DNA of 44,219 nucleotides, from positions 1-44,219 of the forward strand of contig CACYET010000001.1 of assembly GCA_902773515.1 (NCBI GenBank), read 5' to 3'. This DNA is from an uncultured Eubacteriales bacterium (GTDB lineage Bacteria; Bacillota; Clostridia; Christensenellales; Aristaeellaceae). Under the pieces are notes generated by a model that saw only the letters and a program-made list of their open reading frames with translations, was not told the DNA's origin and ran no database searches. This document shows, in pieces, positions 39,284-44,219 of the stretch. The first letter of the stretch is position 1; every line of letters starts with the position of its first letter. Both the position numbers and the translations under genes were made by a program.

Positions 39284-41512
39284 ATGGATAAGAAGACCAT
39301 TGTCAGGCTGGTCGTCGTGGGACTGGCCCTGATCCTGACGACCGTCTTTGCCTGCGGCTTCACGAAGGGCGGCCCGGTGACCTACCAGATCCCCGGCCCC
39401 TACACCGCCGAGAGCACCAACAACTTCAGCACCGTCCAGGTGGAGATGACCATTCAGGACGAGAAGATCACCGACTGCGCGATCACCTCGTCCGGCGACA
39501 GCGACCTGCTGAACGACAGCATCCGCGCCGAGTGGGCCCAGTCCATCGTGGACAACCAGACCGCCGAGAACGACGTGATCTCCGGCGCGACCCTCGTCTA
39601 CTCCGCCGCGTCCGTCCAGGAGGCCTCGAACGACATCCTCGTCCAGGCGGGCCTGCGCGAGCCGACCGCCGAAGCGGAGCCTGTCGAAACTGACACCGAG
39701 GGCGGAGAGGCCGAGAGCGCCGACGCCGAAACCGGCGAGGCCGACATCGGCGAGGCCGCGCCGCCAACAGAGGCCGCGGCGCTGAACGACGGCACCTACA
39801 CCGTCCAGAAGACCACCGATTTCAGCACCATCGACGTGGAGATCACCGTCGAGAACGGCGCGATCACGAAGGCCGCCGTCGCCTCCGAGGGCGCGAACGA
39901 CCTGCTCACCGACGACCATCGCAGCGCCTGGGCGGACCAGATCGTGGAAAAGCAGGCCGTCGACGCCGTCTCCGGCGTGACCGTCTCCTCGAACGCCGTG
40001 CAGGAAGCCGTGGCCGAGCTGCTGGCCCAGGCCTCCGGCGAGGCCCCGGCCGGGGAAGCGAGCGCGGACGCGGGCGAAAAGGAGGCCGATCCGCGCCTGG
40101 CGAGCATCCTGCCCGCGATCGTGACCACGATGGGCGACAACCGCGACAACAGCTACGTGACCGACTACCTGGAGCAGGACCCGTACCTCGTGAACATCTA
40201 CGAGGGCTACGGCTTCGCCAAGGACTACGGCAGCGCCCGCGGCCACGAGTACACGCTGGAGGACGTCGCCAAGACCCAGCGCCCGCACCCCAAGGCCAAC
40301 TGCCTGACCTGCAAGACGCCCGATCTGCACAAGATGATCGAGGAGCAGGGCGTGGCGGTCTACTCGATGCCCTTTGACGAGGTCATGCCCCAGATGACGC
40401 AGAACGTGAGCTGCTACACCTGCCACGGGGCCGACGACGGCAACGACGGCGAGATCGTGATCACCCACCGCTACGTGACCGAAGCACTGGCCAATAACGC
40501 CGAAGCCATCAAGCCCGCGACGCTGTCCTGCGGCCAGTGCCACATCGAATACTACTTCACCCCCCAGGACAGCGAGGCCATGATGCCCTACCACAGCGTG
40601 GAGCAGATGACCCCCGAGGCGATCCTGGCCTACTACGACAACTTCAACTTCGCCGACTGGACCCAGGAGAGCACCGGCACCCGCCTGCTGAAGGCCCAGC
40701 ACCCCGAGATGGAGACCGTGCTGCAGGGCAAGCACGCGGCGTTCCTCAGCTGCGCGGACTGCCACATGCCCACCGAAAAGACCGAGGACGGCACCGAGTA
40801 CCTCAGCCACAAGCTGGTCAGCCCGCTGGAGAGCGAGGCGCTGCTGGAGAGCTGCGCGAAGTGCCATGGCGACACCGACATGACCGCGTTCGTCAAGGGC
40901 ATCCAGGAGCGCGTGACCGCCCGCGAGACGGAGGTCGGCAACCGCCTGAGCGCGATGAAGGACAAGCTGGCCGAGGCCGTGGCCTCCGGCACCTGGAGCG
41001 AGGACGACCTGAACGCCGTGCGCAAGCTGCACCGCGAGGCCCAGTGGTTCTTTGACTTCTGCTACGTGGAGAACAGCGAGGGCGCGCACAACACCGAGCT
41101 GGCGTACCGCTGCCTGGACACCGCCGACCAGAAGATCGACGAGGCCCTGGCGCTGCTGGGCGAGAACGTGGAGAGCGCCGCGCCCGCCGCGGAGCCCGCG
41201 AAGTCCGGCAACCTCACCGACGGCATCTACACCGCCGAGGCCGTCAACGACTTCAGCACCGTCGACGTCTACGCCGCCGTTCGCAACGGCCTGATCGACG
41301 ACTGCGTGATCTCCTCCTCCGGCGACAACGACCTGCTGACCGACGAGCTCCGCTATGAATGGGGCAGGGCCGTCGTCGAGGCTCAGTCCGCCGACACCGA
41401 CGCCATCACCGGCGCGTCCCTGACGTTCTCCGCCGCCTCCGTCAAGGAGGCCGTGGACGACATCCTCGCCCGCGCCGCGGGCTCCGAAGCCGGGGAGAAG
41501 GGCGCGCAGTAA
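39284..41512 (+). CDS. nrfA: Lipoprotein pentahaem cytochrome c nitrite reductase (NrfA) fused to three FMN_bind domains (two N-terminal, one C-terminal)
   Basis: Signal plus VFAC lipobox-like Cys24. FMN_bind repeats carry SGAT (39581-39592), SGVT (39971-39982) and TGAS (41408-41419). Haem motifs: CLTCK 40301-40315, CYTCH 40412-40426, CGQCH 40529-40543 (CHIEYYF), CADCH 40751-40765, CAKCH 40853-40867. SARGH and LKAQHPE blocks are present. Confidence 0.9.
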   Translation: MDKKTIVRLVVVGLALILTTVFACGFTKGGPVTYQIPGPYTAESTNNFSTVQVEMTIQDEKITDCAITSSGDSDLLNDSIRAEWAQSIVDNQTAENDVISGATLVYSAASVQEASNDILVQAGLREPTAEAEPVETDTEGGEAESADAETGEADIGEAAPPTEAAALNDGTYTVQKTTDFSTIDVEITVENGAITKAAVASEGANDLLTDDHRSAWADQIVEKQAVDAVSGVTVSSNAVQEAVAELLAQASGEAPAGEASADAGEKEADPRLASILPAIVTTMGDNRDNSYVTDYLEQDPYLVNIYEGYGFAKDYGSARGHEYTLEDVAKTQRPHPKANCLTCKTPDLHKMIEEQGVAVYSMPFDEVMPQMTQNVSCYTCHGADDGNDGEIVITHRYVTEALANNAEAIKPATLSCGQCHIEYYFTPQDSEAMMPYHSVEQMTPEAILAYYDNFNFADWTQESTGTRLLKAQHPEMETVLQGKHAAFLSCADCHMPTEKTEDGTEYLSHKLVSPLESEALLESCAKCHGDTDMTAFVKGIQERVTARETEVGNRLSAMKDKLAEAVASGTWSEDDLNAVRKLHREAQWFFDFCYVENSEGAHNTELAYRCLDTADQKIDEALALLGENVESAAPAAEPAKSGNLTDGIYTAEAVNDFSTVDVYAAVRNGLIDDCVISSSGDNDLLTDELRYEWGRAVVEAQSADTDAITGASLTFSAASVKEAVDDILARAAGSEAGEKGAQ

Positions 41513-41563
41513 GCGCATGGCAGGCCCGCGCAGGAGCGTCCCTGCATAATCCGTCCCCTGCGT

Positions 41564-41724
41564 CCAAATGGCCTTCCCCTATGGGGAAGGTGGCCGAGCA
41601 GGTGCCAGAGGCACCGTCCGCGAGGTCGGATGAGGTCGGGCAGCGCTGAGCCTATCGCTGTACCCAGTCGACCTCATCCGTCAGCCCTGCGGGCTGCCAC
41701 CTTCCCCAGAGGGGAAGGCTTTTG
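41564..41724. repeat. Family A palindromic element between nrfA and resB
   Basis: Left arm 41564-41637 (ccaaatggccttcccctatggggaaggtggcc...ggatgaggtc). Right arm 41669-41724 (gacctcatcc...caccttccccagaggggaaggcttttgg). Confidence 0.85.
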
Positions 41725-41737
41725 GATGCGCGCCCGT

Positions 41738-41766
41738 TCCCCTACTCCCTACTCCCTGCTCCCTAA
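41738..41766. repeat. Heptad repeat (TACTCCC-type), family C, abutting the resB start codon
   Basis: ttcccctactccctactccctgctcccta. Confidence 0.75.
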
Positions 41767-41768
41767 CC

Positions 41769-43043
41769 ATGAACACCATCAAACGCATCTACAAATTCAT
41801 AGCCTCCATGCGCTTCGCCATCATACTTCTGGTGGCGCTGGCGCTCGCCTGCTCCATCGGCAGCCTGGTCACGCAGGGCCAGAGCTACGACTGGTACGCC
41901 CAGCGCTACTCCGAACGCGCGGCGGCGCTGATCCTGGCGCTGCGGCTGGACGACGCCTTCCACAGCGCGTGGTTCATCGCCATCACGGCCTTCCTGTGCC
42001 TGAACCTGACGCTGTGCAACCTGACGCGCCTGCCCCGGCTGATCCGACGCACGCGGGCGGAGGGCCGGCCCGAGGGCGCGCTCGAATCCGCAGGCGACGT
42101 GTCCCGCGAGGGCGTCATCGACCCGAAGGCCGCGTTTGCCCGGCTGCACATGCCCGGGCCCGTCGCCTGCCAGACGGCGGACGGCCGCGACGCGCTGTTC
42201 GCGTCGAAGCACCGCGCGGGCCTCTGGGGCGCGTGGGTGTGCCACCTGGGGATCCTCCTGCTGATCCTGGGCTTCGGCCTGGGGCAGATGACGCAGGCGC
42301 AGTACACGGTCTACGGCGTGCCCGGAGACGAAAAGCCGATCGGCGACACCGGCTACACGCTCAGGATCGAGGACTTCACCGTGGAAAGGCGCGAGGACGA
42401 CTCCGTGGCGCAGTACACCGCGCAGATCAGCGTTTCGGGCGGCGACGCCCGGCAGAGCGCCGAGATCAGCGTGAACAACCCCGCCCGGCTGTTCGGCATG
42501 AAGTTCTACCAAAACTCCGTCGGCTGGGCGACGCGCGTGAACGTGCTGGAGGACGGCAAGCCCCTGCAGAGCGCCGTGATCTGCGCCGGGGAGTTCTTGC
42601 CCGTCGAGGACAAGCCGGAGCTGGTGGTCTACCTGAACGCCTTTTACCCGGACTACGCGATGGTCCCGGGCGTGGGGCCCTCCAGCGCCTCCGAGAAGCT
42701 CAACAACCCGGCGTGGCTCTACTCGGTGTACTACCAGGGCCAGCTGTTGGGCATGAACGCGCTGATGGCGGGCGAGGAATTGACCATCGACGCATACACC
42801 GTCACGTTCACCGAGCCGCAGAACTACACGCTGATCCAGATCAAGCGCGACCGCTTCACGTGGATGGCGCTGGCAGGCGGCCTCGCCACGATGCTGGGCC
42901 TGCTGCTGGCCTTCTACCTCCAGCCCGCGAAGGTCTGGGCCGTCCGCGAGCCGGACGGCCGCTGGACGCTGCGCGGCGCATGCAAGAAGGGCGGAGCGAT
43001 ATGGAAGGATCGATTTGACAACGCGACAGGACAAAAGTTTTGA
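41769..43043 (+). CDS. resB: Cytochrome c biogenesis protein ResB/CcsB (system II)
   Basis: MNTIKRIYKFIASMRFAIILLVALALACSIGSLVTQG, a large extracytoplasmic loop and a C-terminal TM helix. No Shine-Dalgarno upstream. Confidence 0.85.
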   Translation: MNTIKRIYKFIASMRFAIILLVALALACSIGSLVTQGQSYDWYAQRYSERAAALILALRLDDAFHSAWFIAITAFLCLNLTLCNLTRLPRLIRRTRAEGRPEGALESAGDVSREGVIDPKAAFARLHMPGPVACQTADGRDALFASKHRAGLWGAWVCHLGILLLILGFGLGQMTQAQYTVYGVPGDEKPIGDTGYTLRIEDFTVERREDDSVAQYTAQISVSGGDARQSAEISVNNPARLFGMKFYQNSVGWATRVNVLEDGKPLQSAVICAGEFLPVEDKPELVVYLNAFYPDYAMVPGVGPSSASEKLNNPAWLYSVYYQGQLLGMNALMAGEELTIDAYTVTFTEPQNYTLIQIKRDRFTWMALAGGLATMLGLLLAFYLQPAKVWAVREPDGRWTLRGACKKGGAIWKDRFDNATGQKF

Positions 43044-43178
43044 GAGTTTAGAGTTGAGAGTTTAGATTGATTGGCTTCCCGATCGCAAGCAAGCCCTCGA
43101 AAAAAGCGGCATGAATCAAAACAAATCCGTCAGGATTTGCACCTCAACTCCACTCTCAACTCTCAACTCTAAACTCTC
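43042..43178. repeat. Inverted pair of heptad-repeat tracts (GAGAGTT / AACTCTC type) flanking about 77 nt, between resB and ccsA
   Basis: gagagtttagagttgagagtttag (43042-43065) and ctcaactccactctcaactctcaactctaaactctc (43143-43178). Confidence 0.8.
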
Positions 43179-43201
43179 TTAACTCCCAAAGGAGACTAAA
43201 C

Positions 43202-44017
43202 ATGCTACAAGTCGAAAACACCCTCTTCACCCTCGTCATGCTGCTGTATTTCGCGGCGATGGCGCTGTACTTCGCGTTCATCGCCGTCAAGAAGGACGGC
43301 GTGGCCAGGGCGGCGGTGGGCCTGCAGATCGCGGGCCTCGCGCTGCACACGGCGGCGCTCGTGTGCCGGGGCATCGGCGCGGGGCGGCTGCCGCTGACGA
43401 ACCAGTACGAGTTCGCCACCTCGTTCGCCTGGGGGCTGTGCCTAGTGAGCCTGGCGTTCGTGATCCGCTTTCGCTTCCCGGTGCTGGGCGCGTTCGCCTC
43501 GCCGGTCACATTCCTGATCATCGGCTACGCCGCCATGCAGAGCAGGGAGGTCAAGAACCTGATGCCCGCGCTGCGCAGCAATTGGCTGGGCTTTCACGTG
43601 TCCACGGCCATCATCGCCTACGGCGCGTTCGGCGTGTCGTTCGTGCTGGGCGTGATCTTCCTGCTGCGCGACAGGATGCGCGCGCGCGGCTTCATGGACC
43701 AGCACATCCCGGGCCGCGAAAAGCTGGACGTGATCGCCTATCGGAGCGTGTCGCTGGGGCTGCTGTTTTTGACGTTCACGATCATCACCGGGGCCATCTG
43801 GGCCGAGCGCGCCTGGGGCAGCTATTGGTCGTGGGACCCGAAGGAGACCTGGTCGCTGGTTACGTGGATCATCTATTCCGCCTACCTGCACCTGCGCATC
43901 CGCCGCGGCTGGCAGGGCCGCGCCGCCGCGATCTTCGCCGTGATCGGCTTCGTCTGCGTGGTGTTCACCTACATCGGCGTGAACACGCTCCTCCCGGGCG
44001 TGCACAGCTACGCATGA
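43202..44017 (+). CDS. ccsA: Cytochrome c biogenesis protein CcsA/ResC (haem-handling, WWD domain)
   Basis: WAERAWGSYWSWDPKETWSLVTW (W-rich motif) plus conserved His residues. RBS AAGGAG. Confidence 0.9.
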   Translation: MLQVENTLFTLVMLLYFAAMALYFAFIAVKKDGVARAAVGLQIAGLALHTAALVCRGIGAGRLPLTNQYEFATSFAWGLCLVSLAFVIRFRFPVLGAFASPVTFLIIGYAAMQSREVKNLMPALRSNWLGFHVSTAIIAYGAFGVSFVLGVIFLLRDRMRARGFMDQHIPGREKLDVIAYRSVSLGLLFLTFTIITGAIWAERAWGSYWSWDPKETWSLVTWIIYSAYLHLRIRRGWQGRAAAIFAVIGFVCVVFTYIGVNTLLPGVHSYA

Positions 44018-44020
44018 TGG

Positions 44021-44049
44021 GTGGCGGGGGACCGGCTTCCCCCGCCACT
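44021..44049 (+). terminator. Hairpin after ccsA
   Basis: gtggcggggga-ccggc-ttcccccgccac. Confidence 0.5.
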
Positions 44050-44074
44050 GCCACCCCTTTGACAGATTTTATGA

Positions 44075-44153
44075 GAAGATCCTTCGCTACGCTCAGGATG
44101 ACAGGGTTTGCATCGCCCAAACGTTGTCATCCTGAACGAAGTGAAGGATCTTT
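44075..44153. repeat. Family B palindromic element
   Basis: agaagatccttcgctacgctcaggatgaca...tgtcatcctgaacgaagtgaaggatcttt. Confidence 0.85.
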
Positions 44154-44171
44154 TTATTTCATCCACATGTC

Positions 44172-44219
44172 TGTAGGGGCGGGCGGTGGGACCGCTCCCA
44201 GCGGTGGGACCGCTCCCAG
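44172..44219. repeat. GTAGGGGCGG unit followed by a direct duplication at the window edge
   Basis: gtaggggcgggcggtgggaccgctcccagcggtgggaccgctcccag. ggcgggcggtgggaccgc is the reverse complement of 13578-13595. Confidence 0.7.

Noticed and set aside
39179-41518. 779-aa minus-strand ORF opposite nrfA; similar ORFs at 35457..37142, 32130..33911, 20086..22278, 3299..4483 and 1882..3201
   Set aside because: All are antisense to genes with unambiguous catalytic motifs (CXXCK/CXXCH, Rnf, FAD fold, HD-GYP, CinA, ABC). None has an RBS or family signature.

Overview
This is a 44.2-kb, high-GC (roughly two-thirds G+C by eye) chromosomal segment. Gene content, strong GGAGG-type ribosome-binding sites and TTGACA/TATAAT promoters fit a Gram-positive anaerobe of the Clostridia; an Oscillospiraceae-like origin is my inference, not a database result. 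About 35 genes are supported. They are: an ABC-2 glycopolymer exporter pair, cinA, a PadR-CPBP pair, a lower-GC TetR/three-domain GNAT islet next to two tRNA(CAT) genes, a PfkB kinase, a NYN/LOTUS protein, AraC plus MFS, a second MFS, a methyltransferase with cysK, a Na/Pi-PhoU transporter, an ArsC-like protein, a membrane HD-GYP phosphodiesterase, rpsF-ssb-rpsR, a TipA-type MerR, an orphan Fe/B12-type binding protein, a PTS operon (EIIBCA, ptsI, an HPr::D-LDH fusion, Dabb), and a large respiratory locus at 32.1-44.0 kb. That locus is the most interesting part. It holds a secreted FMN_bind-FAD reductase, rnfC, a fused rnfD-rnfG, rnfE, rnfA and rnfB. These are followed by a lipoprotein pentahaem NrfA nitrite reductase (CXXCK haem) flanked by three FMN_bind flavinylation domains, and then split system-II cytochrome c biogenesis genes (ResB/CcsB and CcsA). 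No NrfH/NrfBCD-type electron donor is present. I interpret this as a candidate quinone-independent, flavin-wired route from Rnf to extracytoplasmic reductases. Nearly every intergenic gap over 100 bp, including gaps inside operons, holds one of several palindromic or heptad-repeat families. All domain calls come from reading motifs by eye; no searches were run.
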